Source: Azolla caroliniana (lineage: Eukaryota; Plantae; Polypodiophyta). Taken from it: a stretch of 64,000 nucleotides of DNA. Made by a program: the position numbers and the translations under genes. The stretch is from positions 8,804,001-8,868,000 of the forward strand of contig JBHGNT010000013.1 of NCBI GenBank assembly GCA_043228905.1, in the 5' to 3' direction. The notes below the pieces were generated by a model. The model saw only the letters and a list, made by a program, of their open reading frames with translations. It did not search any database and was not told the DNA's origin. Positions 51,425-62,907 of this stretch are shown one piece after another. How positions within the stretch are numbered: position 1 is the stretch's first letter; each line of letters begins with the position of its first letter.

Positions 51425-54400
51425 AGAGAGGTCGGGAGCGGCAAAGAGGAGAGAGTCGGGAACCGACCCGACCGGAAGATGAACCGGTCGATAATCCGAC
51501 ACGACCGAAAGACGACGCGGAAGAAGATTGGAGCGGGGTCTGGTCAACCGAGCCCGAACCGAAGAAGAGCCGGCAAGGCGGGATTTGTTCGGACAAACAT
51601 GTACCGGCCGGTTACGATTACGGAAGGGAGCCGACCAAGCCAGGACTCGACAGGCCGAGACCGATCCGGGCGAACGGGCCACAACACTCGGTGGGAGCCG
51701 GTGAGCACAAGAAGGAGGCCAAGCATGCACAAGGAGTACGACTCGGTGGGAGGCCAAGAGAGAGAGGGACCCTCCTCACCTATTCTTGAGACTTTGGCGG
51801 TTGCGGATCGACGTAAGACCAAAGAGACGGCGGAAGGCGGCGAGGAGTCGGAGACCGGAACGGACGAGGCTACCGAAACGGGTACCCGGTGCGTGAAGGC
51901 GGACGAGCACAGCCAAGACGGCAAGCCGGAGTCGAAAGGGGCTACGGCAACGAAATACGAAGAGGCCGACGCAGAGGTCGGGACTACAACGAGGGAAGTG
52001 TGTAACGCAAACCATGCATTACGGCGTAGAACAGAGCGTGCACTACGGTCGGCGAAGGGCCAAGAAGCAAGCATGCACCCGGAAGAGCCGCAATGAGTGA
52101 CCGACGATGACGGTCGGAGAAAGCCTTCGAGAGGCAAGAGCGGGACGACGGGCAGTGTGACGAGACGCCAAGATCGACAGAACGAGACGGGCGTGATCGG
52201 CGTGAACGAAGGATTGTGTCTGGGAAAACGGAGGGGATGCGCGGAGAACAACGGGGTACACACCGGGAAGAGAAAACGTGGTGGCTTCCCGGAGGGCATA
52301 CAAGGCCAGGCGGACCAAGAGGGTGTACCTCGGGACGAAGCGGCAACATCGGAGGTTGCGGAGGACACCGAAGACGAGAGCATCGACACGGATGTCGGGG
52401 AAGCAACGTACCTTTTCGAAAGAGTACGTAGAGCGGAGCGGAGTGCGAGACGTGCGATGTGGCCGCGTAAGGGCCGAACGACAAGCATGAGGATGATCGG
52501 CGAGCATGGAAGGTTATGTCTTGAGAACCGGAGGAGGTGCGTGGAGAGCAATGGGCTACGGAAGCGCGGCGTCCCGGAAGGCATGCGAGGCCAAGCGGGC
52601 CAAGAGGACGAGAGACGGGATGAAGCGGTAACGGGAGTCGCGAAGGACACTGACATGGTGGTCGGGATGACGGTACGCTCTACGGTGAGAGAGCACGGCG
52701 AGCGAGGGAGAAGCGAGGAGCGCGTAATGAGGTCACCGAGGGACCGAAGAACGAGCGCATGTTCGGGAGACAACAAGGGCACACGGAAAGAGCCTACAGA
52801 AGGTGAGCGCGGAATGGAGGGAATCGGGACGAGGTGTTCGAGACGAAGAGAGGATCGAGCCGGAGGTGGAACACACGCGATACGCGAGGAGCGGCACCCG
52901 GCGAGCAATCGAAGTAATCAGGGGTCTAACCGGAGGACATGCGCGGTGAGCGAAGGAAGGGAGACAAGATCGGCAACGGTGTTCGGGATGGCCAGTCGAA
53001 GAAGAAGGTGCGTGCGTTGGACGTGGTGGATCGGATGGAGCCGGCGGGTCGGGGCCGGTAAGGAGCTGGCAAGACGGATCGGCGCCGACAAGGGACCGGC
53101 AAGAAGGTTGGGTGCCGGTAAGGCGAAAGACCCGGTTAATCACCGTGGCCAAAATCTCTCACCCTTTTCCTTTCTTGGCACATACCGGTGGATGTGCGGT
53201 TTGGTGGGGGTGGATGTCGTGAAGATTTTTGTCCATAGGCGGAAACCGGGGTGGAAGGGGCAAGTCGGTGGTGTGCAACATGTGCACATGTATACTAGGA
53301 TATGGTGTATAGAATGAGAGGGGAAATTTTTGGCCCACATTGTAAGGTCCCTCCGTCCTTGGGCTATAAAAGGAAGGGAGGGGTCACTTATGAAGGGGTT
53401 GCCTGTTTTGCGTATGAGAGGTATACCACTTAGCCTAGAGTTCTTACCGTTTTAGGGTTAGGGTTTCGTTTAGGGTTTCCTTATTCATCTTCGGTTAGGT
53501 TTTTCTCATAGTCGTTTTGGTGCGGCCCATGTGGCCACCATTGTTGTAACCATTCGTTGTTTTAATATAGAACTTGTTGAACATCTTGCCGCCGCCGATC
53601 TCTCCTTCTATGTCGTGGTCTTATTCTTTCCTCTTCTCCTCTTGAGCTAAGCCTCCATATCATGTCCTATTCTTTCTCCTCCACTCCCTAGTCCGAGACC
53701 CCGGTGGTCCCGCCCCTTCTACACGTACGCACGTAACAACGCGACAACGTAAACCTAGTTCGAGGATTACCTGTGCCAGAAAATACATATAATATCCAAT
53801 CTCCGTATATCGAGAACATTTCAATCAAACAAATCAGAAGTCGTTGAGGTTTTTGGTATGGGTTGACAATTCCCCGTTCTGTCGTGGTGACATGTCGCAA
53901 TTTCCGTGTTACTGTTGGATATACCAGTAGGTTTGAACCTCCTACTTCATTAGAATGCTTCTTGATTCTTTGTTTCTTTATTTCATCGAAGTAGCCAACC
54001 ATAATATACTCAATGGAATTTACGAACCGAAAGGTTGGTCCTCTATTGACGTTGGTTTTTCTCCTATAACAAAAGAATAGATTCAATAAATTAGGAACAA
54101 AGGTATGGTGAATGAGACTTATAAATAATCCTTACCAAGAAAGGTTCTCGATGTCGTCGCAACGAGTTCTCAACGCTTGAGCTACCGAGTACCCTTGGTC
54201 CATACTATGAAACACGACTATCCTCCACAAGGATGCAGTCATTAGCTCAGCAAAATCCTTAACCATTTTTTCTAATTGTTTGAACCTAAAATGTTCATCA
54301 TCATATGATGATCCAGCCATTCGAAATCCATAAGGAATATCTGCAATCAATAGTGTATATTCTTTCTTTGGCACTTTTTGGATCATCGCTACAAATCACA

Positions 54401-56170
54401 TTATAGTAGAGATATTTTGTAATGTCTTTCTTGTGGCTAATTTTTTTGAAAGAGCCATCTTCTTCCATTTCATATGCCTTGACTAAGAGACGTTCCTTTT
54501 CTTTTCTAGCTCTCTTGAGATGTGCAAGGAAGGGTTCGGAAGTCGTGTATATCCTTGACTTCTCCTTGTGTCTTGCCACGACATGGTTTCTAATAGAGAC
54601 AATAAGGCATTGAGTATTAATATACAACATCTACTTATTAAGAAAACTTTATTATAAAGACGAATACTAACCCAATCCTTGAATGCAATAAAATACTCAG
54701 ATAGCGCATTATATGAATATGTCAGAGGGTAATACTTAGTCACTTGTTCCCAAATTATACATCCAAGTTGTTTCATCGTAACTTCTTTGATCTTCATATA
54801 CACCTTATGACTGTGAAATCACAAATAGAGATTAGAACTTTATATAAACCCATATTTGTTTCATTTAACTATTTGAGAAGACTTAGTTGTTGAACTCAAT
54901 GACCATCTCTTCGATGCTCAATTCTTTGGCCATAGCCCTTGACAACACAGACACCAAAAGTTGCTTATCCTTAATGCCTTGCATTGCTCTCCAGAGAGAC
55001 AACTTCATGTCGTCAGCCGTTTCTTCAATTGTCATGTTGATTTTCTTCACCGTTTGTGATTTTAATTTGAGCTAGGGGTCTACCTTACATTTCTTTTGTC
55101 GTTGACCCTTGACCTCCTTATTCTCCCACATTGAAAAAATATGAACTTGTCGATCCCAGACTTCATCTCTGAACGCTAGTTGAAACCATGACTCGTACTT
55201 GCGAAAACCATCTGACTTAACATTATCATCAACCACAATGCCGACCTCATGAAGGCATTGGCGTCGTAGTCCAAGGTGTAGCTTTACACCGAACTTTTGT
55301 TTGACGTCTAAGTACTCATGGTGGAAGAACCTTATCCGTTCGATGGATGACATTTTTTGCCAGTAGTCATTGTCATTGTTGTGGTTCCATTCCATGAGTT
55401 TTGCCTCTTCAGTTGTGAGGCCCACATATATTTTGCACTCGGCATACTTGAAGAAGAAAGTGGTTGGGTGCTCTCTTACAAGTTGCCGTTGTACTTTAGC
55501 TGAATGTGATCCACCAATTACAAAGTAATTGTATTGATCATGCTTTCTTATGTCAAAATCCTCAATTGTGGAACATTCTTCAAGAGCCACCATTACAATA
55601 AAGGGTACAACTATCACATGTGGATTTAGTTTCAATTTCTTCTTGAGATTATGAACATGCATTCGATGTGGCTCTCTAATCTCAAGTGGTCTTCGTCCTG
55701 TTTTCACATCTACTGGTGGCCTATGAATGTTTGCTATAGGAAAATTGAAGACTTGCCCATTTCTCACCAGTTTCCTTTGCATTAACACTCTACGAATCTT
55801 ATTCTGCTCAGATGACAAGACACCGGATGCTAGATCAGCCCTTGGTGTCGCGTAAGTTTCGTTGTCTTCAGTTGAGCTTGATGATTCTGAATCTTTCATC
55901 TTGGTCATCTTTTTCTTTCCAGGTCTTGATTGCACGTTAGAGGCCTTTTTGGGGGCATTTATCGGGGATGGCGAGGCATCCCTTAGAGTTATGTGGCCTT
56001 GTATATATGGTCTTAATGTTATTATCAGATTTTGTGAAGTCTCAAGAGCAAGTTTAGAAAATTCAAGACTACAAGACTCGTTGACAAGCTGATCTTCCGA
56101 GAGGAACATTTTACGAACTCCCTTTGAGCAGTCCACGATTACAATAAAGCTCTACTGTAAACACAAACCT

Positions 56171-56301
56171 GGTATGCCGTATCGAGCTTGTTTGTAAGGA
56201 GAGGGTTTTAAACATGAACTTGATACGTCGTATCGAGTTCTTGTTTAAAATAGAGTCTTTTAAACAGGAACTCGATACGGCGTATTGAGTTCTTGTTTGA
56301 A
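56171..56301. repeat. Tandem long palindromes 5' of the ParB-like coding region
   Basis: TTTTAAACAKGAACTYGATACG-N-CGTATYGAGTTCTTGTTT centred at 56228 and 56280, plus a half copy centred at 56177. Confidence 0.88.
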
Positions 56302-58392
56302 TCATGACCTATGTATGTTTTGACATGGCTGTAAAAGATACAAAACATGAAGTATCCGTACAGCTAGTTGCCTACCTGGAGTCCGTGCCCTCAATCTTCT
56401 TTGAAGACATGATTTTCGTGCTTGCTAGTGACTGGGAGATGGTCACGTGCTCTTGCGTTGGTGATGCTTTCTGTGCTCTTGGGCTCTGAGTGCTCTGAGT
56501 ACTCTATGTACTCGATTGCGCGTGTGAGATCCTGTAAATGACGAGGGCCTCCTATTTATAGGGCTTTAAAACCGTGGTTAAAGTAACTATAGTTAGTCTA
56601 CCAAAGTTTGGTTGCATGCAAGTTAATTCCCCTACGTTAGCTAGTCGTTAGTAGAGTTTGGTTAGTACAAAGTAACGAGATAGGCTTTGCATGTTAGTTA
56701 AGGGTTACTTATATGTTAGTCAGTTACGTAAACTAGGGTAGTTATAGTCATAGTTAAAGGTACATATGTGCTTAGCAATTATTGGTGATAATAGTTGTAT
56801 CTCAGTTGTATATATGGCATGGAATCTTAGGTCACCAATAATTGGACATTATTGATTGTATTGTTTTATAATAGTTTGATTATAATTACCACTAAATGAT
56901 TATGAACTTATGATTAAAGTGAAATAAATAAAGGAATAAATTAATATAGCTCCCACATGGGGATTAACACTTCTAAATGATTATGATCTTCATGAATGAA
57001 CCAATGATTGAAGATTGGAAACAAACATATTTATGACTCTCTACTTATTTTGAATATATACTATATGTATATAAAGACTATATTTTTTTAATTTAATACA
57101 CATTATGGGAATAACAAGTTAATTTACACGTGGGGAATGACACTTTTAAATGATTGTGATCTTCATTATTGAACTATTTGTATAAAGTAACTTAAATTTT
57201 AAATATAGACTACATGATTAATAAGGTATAAAATAAATTTTATGTACATTATAATGACAAGTGTATAGATTTATTAATATAATTAATAAAATATATTTTA
57301 TATAATAATAATATCTTTCTTTATTGTATTATTGGTTTATTTTATATAATAATAAATAATATAGAAATTAGATTGAGGGAGCTTATGTATATAGAGGTAC
57401 TTATCATTTGTTTCAATATCTTATATTAGCTTAAGCACATAATTTTGAGAGCTTTGATTGGATCTTAAGCCATGAGTTAAAACTCACCGTTTTCGGTTGA
57501 AGCGTACTGTCTGTCGACAGATACATCATTTTCCATCGAAGAATATTGTTTGAGCTCATCTTCTCCTATACTGCATGTGAATAATATCTCATGTGAAGAG
57601 TTTTCTATCGAAGAATACGACGCCAATAAAGATATAGGCAATGAAGGTAATGCCAATGAAACATCGAAGATCATGGGCGGTCAACCTAACAACAACGTAA
57701 TTGACTCTAATGTGGTTACCCCTATTTCTACTCAAGAAAAGAAATCAGGAAGCCCTATGCATATTAGAAGAATCTCACGTAGAATTCGTTTGGCTAGATT
57801 TAACTTGGTGACATCAGATAAGCAACTTGGATTTGATGTCAACAAAACAAAGTTGCGAGAATTAAGGCGTATGTCCATGATTAGAAAAGCAAAGTTGCGA
57901 GAATTAAGGTGTTACTATTTTTCGATGACTAGAGATGAGCAAGACACTTACCTCGTCTCACATATGCAATTGGTGTCTGACAAGTCTTCGAGGATCAAAG
58001 TATCATTCAAGTATTATATCTTCCTTGCACAACAAATATGGAGAGTTTCATTCAAAATTGTGTTGTGTTAGTAACAAGCGGCTACATAGAGTACAACAAC
58101 GTTTTCTTTGTGGGGATCAGATTGTCAATTGTAAAGAGGTTCCAAGTATGAAAGGTGAAATTGGAAGACATGCTATTGGTTGGATGAAAATTTACTTTCA
58201 GTTAAATTGTGAAGTAATGCCCACTACAGGCAGGATGCACCTCTCTGATAATTACACATGTCAGGAAGGTTATGATGTCTATCGATCATAAATGCTATTA
58301 TCAAGTGATAAATATGTCACATACAGCCAATTCACAAGATTGTGGAGACCATTGTTTTCAAATGTTATTATTCTGCGTAAAGTACGCATGGG

Positions 58393-61377
58393 TGTAAAAG
58401 AATATGTGCGGAAGCAATAGAAAACCAAACACACAGAAAACACGCAGGTTTAATGGAGAGCTTGAATATACACAGCACGCGGAAGAGACAGAGAGAGAAC
58501 ACATAGAACTCAATTCAAAATAATACTCAATCTATACATAGGATGTGCTTAGTGAGCACTTTTATACAAGCCTTGACAATCAGGCTGACACAAGTACTGA
58601 CAGTACTTGACTGCTCATTAATGAGCCTCGACACTTACTCCCAAAACTATTCCTTACGAGGAATATCTCTCTAACGGCCTTTCGGTTTACGCACCGATAC
58701 GACCTCTCGTTACGCACCGGTTTGCGTACTAGTTTACGCATCCGTTTTACGCACCGGTCCAGCCTAATCGATCGGTCCCAACCAATCCGGTTCTCGGCTT
58801 GCACAGCCGATCCGGCCAATGTTGAGCTTGTACCTCAACAATCCCCCTCAAGTTGAGCTTGAGGTTCCATCTGCTCTTCCAGATCTGTGCTCCGGTTCCC
58901 TCTAGCTTCATGCCTCGCTCGCGCTCTTCGACCTGTTCGATTCCCCGCGCCTCGACCCTTCCGGTCAGCTTGTTTGCTCACATGTCCTTTCTCATCTTCC
59001 TTGCTGTTGCGGTGTTGGCGCCTCTTCTGCTGCCTTCTCGTCTGCTTGGCCCTTGGTTGATTTAGCGTATCTGAATCAAACATTCGAACCGACTCGGCTT
59101 CCTCCGATCGGTTTTCGCTCTCGTTCGAGTTGGCTGTCTCCAACTCATCTTCGGTCTTCTCGCCCTTGATGGCTTCGTCTCCCCCACACTTGGTTGGCTT
59201 CGGCTCTTTCTTTCGACTACTCCCCTTATGTCCGCTTTCAGACTCTTTTGCGGATCCGCCCTCGGCTTCTTCAGCCGATCCAAAATCGACGTCACGGTCT
59301 TCATCTTCCGGAACTTCTCTCCCTCTTCCGTGGTCATTCGAGACGTCTCTCCCCCTCAAGTTCGGCACATCGAGGTGACGCAACCCAAGTGCACCCGAGA
59401 ATTGTCGCAACTTGTCCAAACCAAGAGGCTTGGTGAAGATGTCGGCGTTCTGCCAATCCGTTAGAACATACCGAAGGTCGACTTCACTGGAGAGTACGCG
59501 CTCGCGGACAAAATGATAGTGCACCTCAATGTGCTTAGTCCAGGCGTCGAAAATAGGGTTCTTTGCGAGCTGGATGCTGCTAAGGTTATCGCAGTAGATT
59601 GGTGTTGGATCAGATACCTCTACCTGCAAATCTTTAAGTAGCTGCTTCAACCATATGGCTTCGCATGTTGTGACAGCCACTCCTCTATACTCGGCTTCGG
59701 TGCTCGATAGTGCAATTGTCGGCTGCTTCTTGCTACTCCACGCGATTGCGGCACTCCCAAGAGAGAACACGAAACCGGATGTGGATTGGCGATCGCCGGC
59801 GTCTCCAGCCCAATCAACATTTGTGTCGTAACCGATTAGGCCCCAAGACGATTTGTTTTCGATGATCAAATGTGGGCTCTCCTGGTTGTGGAGCCAAATA
59901 AGATCGTCGTGAGAGAGCATCTGCCTTTCCTTGTTGTACTCTTGGGCGATATGTGATGACGAAGTCAAAACGCGTTAGAAACTGTGCCCAACGAGCTTGG
60001 CAATGACTCAAGACTCCAGCACTCTGAAAGTATGTGAGGTTTTTATGATCATTGTAAACAATGATTTGGTGGAAATTTGTGGCATAGGCAGAGGCAGGAC
60101 GGTCCCCTTGACGAAGTCTTCGAATCTTGTTAATCATTGTTCTAACACTATCAATGTCTCCAAAGTTTGCTTGAAATTCTCTAATAAAACCTTCGAAGTC
60201 TCGGAGAAGAGGAGACTTCTTTTCTAGGAGTGGTGCAAACCACGCTAATGCAGTTCCTGTTAAGAGGGTCCCAACTAGTCCAACTTGAGCTGCATCAAGC
60301 GGATACCTAATAGGGTGCATATGAATTACTAGACGTACTTGGTTTAGAAACCCTCGAAACTGTGATCGATTACCATCGAACTTCCCAGGAAAACAAATCT
60401 TTAGTTCTTTGGGAGAGGTTTGTTGCATTGAAGCTTGTTGATGAAGAGACCGCAATGCTGTTTCGAGTTGCAATATGCGTGTCAATAACTCATCATATTG
60501 TTGTGCCTTTTCTATGTTTACTTGTTGCAAATCTCCAAGCAATCATTGATTCTCTTGTTCTAACGCCACAAACTTATTTGCGAGATGCTCTAGTTCAGAG
60601 ACGACCCGAACATACTCTTGCTTGCTAACTGACTCCATGGAGAGGATAACATTTGGCAAGATTTTTAAGGAGAAGGAAGGAAGGTGAAGAGAGTGAAAGA
60701 CACACACACACACACACACACACAGGGAGAGAGAGCAAGGAAGAAAGAGAGAAGGTAGGAAAATTCTGGTTCAAACTGTCATGCCCAAAGTTAGGAACGA
60801 GTTTTAAAATGAAGAAGAGAATTAGAAGCGAAAGATATGAGAGAGATAAGAAGAATTTGATAATGTATTAACAACGAGAGCAATGTTTACAAGAATATGC
60901 CGAAGACTGGAGTTGAACCAGAATGGTTCATCAATAGTCAAATCCATGCATGCTTGCCACCTCATAGGCACGCATGATCGCCACTTGGCATTCATGCAAG
61001 CATGCCCCTTAGTAATCATGCGTTAGCCTATGCAAGGTGGCGACATTTCAATAATATTATTATATGTATTTCCTATTGATATAATAGAATTTATTATTTA
61101 ATATATATAATATGATGTATCCTAATGGATGGGGTTGTATGCTTTCTTTGAGGAGGTCCTGGGTTCGAATCACCATAAAGCTTATTGGGTTGACACTTAC
61201 TCCCAAAACTATTCCTTATGAGGAATATCTCTCTAACGGCCTCTCGTTACGCACCGGTTTGTGTACCAGTTTACGCATCCGTTTTACGCACCGGTTCGGC
61301 CTAACCGATCGGTCCCAACCGATCCGGTTCTCGGCTTGCACAGCCGCTCCGGCCAATGTTGAGCTTGTATCTCAACA
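58393..61377 (-). mobile_element. Internally deleted copia element I
   Basis: 3' LTR 58393-58840; partial 5' LTR 61196-61377; TSD ATGGG at 58388-58392 and 61378-61382; RNase H remnant at ~59340-59840. Confidence 0.9.
59840..61195 (-). mobile_element. Deleted Tcn1-like chromovirus G (5' LTR, gag part, RNase H end) inside I
   Basis: LTR 60777-61195 (TGTCA...TGACA); gag fragment [17 protein letters not shown] fused to DHKNL...KADALSRR, homologous to F. Confidence 0.85.
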
Positions 61378-62907
61378 ATGGGGTATTGCTCGATTTGCAC
61401 AAACCTTAAAAGTTTGGTTAAAGGTGTGAAGACAACAATGGAAAAGGATATGAGTAAGTTGTTACTACAGGAGCATCGTGAGGCACAATCGTTAGAATGA
61501 AAGAAGGAGATGCATCATAGAGAGAAGTGTTTGAAGAGGCCCGAACAATACATGTACTTAATGACTGATGGCATGGACCAGAACAAGACGTGCTTACTGC
61601 ATATGTGGAGGCTCCCCAAAGACATCAATGATGAGTGCCTTGTTCAAATGGACTTGGTGGGATGCTTGGCTTATAATAGGTTAGTTGGACCTCATGTCTT
61701 CATTACATACCCCAATGTTCACAATGACCCTAACCTAACAGTTATAGTGATTCATCGAGTTTTGATGTCTTGTGGCCAGCCATTCTCTCCTCTTCTCTAC
61801 ATTAAATTGGACAATACTGTTAGAGAGAACAAAAATTCAATTGTGTTTGGCTATCTAAGTATGTTGGTCAACCAAGGATTGTTTAGAAAAGTGAAAGTTA
61901 GTTTTCTTTTGGTTGGCCACACACATGATCATATAGATAAAATGTTTAGCACATTCTCCAGACATTTGTCTCGGCATGATGCTTTCACATTACCTAAACT
62001 ATTTGATGTCATTTGTGATGCATACACACCATGCCCAAAAGTGTTACACTTGAAGGAGATATATGACTTTAAGATATATATATCAGATGGGGGTGTTGTG
62101 AATGTTAAAGTGCTCACCTAATTAAACAATATAAGCTTCAATCACATTTTTATGATAAAGAAAAATGAAATAAGTGGTTCTACGCTTTTCTATGCCAAGA
62201 AATATTCATCTTCTACAAAATGGGAACTTGAAGGCGGTTGCTAGTTCTTACTTTGTATGATGAGTACAATAGTCTATGGAGCTAAACAAATGCCAATTGA
62301 GAAAAAATGACAATTGCATAGTGACTTGGTAGAAGAACAACAACAGTTATGGCCCCAAGCCTTAACAGAAAAAAGGAAGCATATTGAGGCCGTAAAGAAA
62401 TATGTTGCACAACTAGACACGTCATGGTGGGAAGTGTTTTTTAGTGATAAAAAAGGAATTATTGATAATTGTGTATCTGGTGATAATTGGACTTTGGAAA
62501 TGCCGTTCACATGGTCATGTAAATAAAACTCCAGAGCAACCAACTTATGCGAATAATGACAGTTTGGTCCATCCACAACAGAGAGACATTTCTGTGGGAC
62601 CAAGGATGACCAAAGCAGTTGAAGCTAGATGGCAAGGAAATTTGCAAGAGCTTACGATGGGGATGTTGATTGCAACACCTGCTAATGACAACTCACAAGG
62701 CCACCAATTTTGGATTGGAAAAATTCTACAAGTGTTAATGCATGACATAGAAAACACAATCAAGTAAAAAAAAAAAAGAATTGGTACAACAGTAGAAGTG
62801 AAAATGCTTTTACGGGTAAGTATACATTGGAGATGATTGACTGCACGACGACAAGGGAAAGTAGGAAGACGAAGCGAAACATTCGTAACACCTTGACCCT
62901 TGATATC

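Larger units (their letters stand above)
49507..53746 (+). mobile_element. Non-autonomous LTR element E (gag-like N-terminus only), tRNA-Trp primed
   Basis: 532-bp near-identical LTRs 49507-50038 and 53215-53746 (TGTCG...CGACA); 4-bp TSD ACGT; PBS TGGTGAACCCGACGTGA at 50043-50059; PPT at 53203-53214; no pol motifs. Confidence 0.92.
33512..56136 (-). pseudogene. ParB/Srx-like domain plus beta-class N4/N6 DNA methyltransferase gene, copy 2 (intron-containing, decayed)
   Basis: 55072-56136: REP...HVHNLKKKL...PFIVMV...YFVIGGSHS...LTTEEAKLM...HN (ParB-like). ADIPY at 54330-54344. NPYQKPQRLL...GDWILYVFSGTG ends at the donor site at 53771. The last exon starts at 33864 (GTMFAYALKLFRNTVALEKD), so the last intron holds ~20 kb of TEs. 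Confidence 0.8.
32138..62907. mobile_element. Large DNA transposon copy 2 carrying a ParB-like/MTase gene (minus) and a Sola-like transposase (plus), heavily invaded by retroelements
   Basis: Putative TIR at 32138-32171 lies exactly where transposase copy 1 is cut. Native segments are 32138-33908, 49478-49506, 53747-58392 and 61378-62907 (~8 kb). The right end is interrupted by element H and lies outside the window. Confidence 0.65.
57550..62907 (+). pseudogene. Sola-like DDD transposase, copy 2 (split by elements I/G, cut by H)
   Basis: ...ILRKVRMG (58392) resumes YCSICTNLKS (61383); LMTDGMDQNKT, LYIKLDNTVRENKN, FLLVGHTHDHIDKMFS; collinear with copy 1. Confidence 0.8.

Noticed and set aside
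50987-53317. Long overlapping ORFs (369, 406 and 454 aa) on both strands of element E as real genes
   Set aside because: GC-rich, repetitive, low-complexity sequence with no recognisable domain; long ORFs are expected by chance
53771-54400. Bacterial contamination as the source of the methyltransferase
   Set aside because: The gene has GT-AG introns shared by two copies and is interleaved with plant LTR elements bearing TSDs
61121-61174. Possible functional tRNA gene (GGTTCGAATC)
   Set aside because: No acceptor or anticodon stems can be formed and it lies inside an LTR; reported only as tRNA-like boxes
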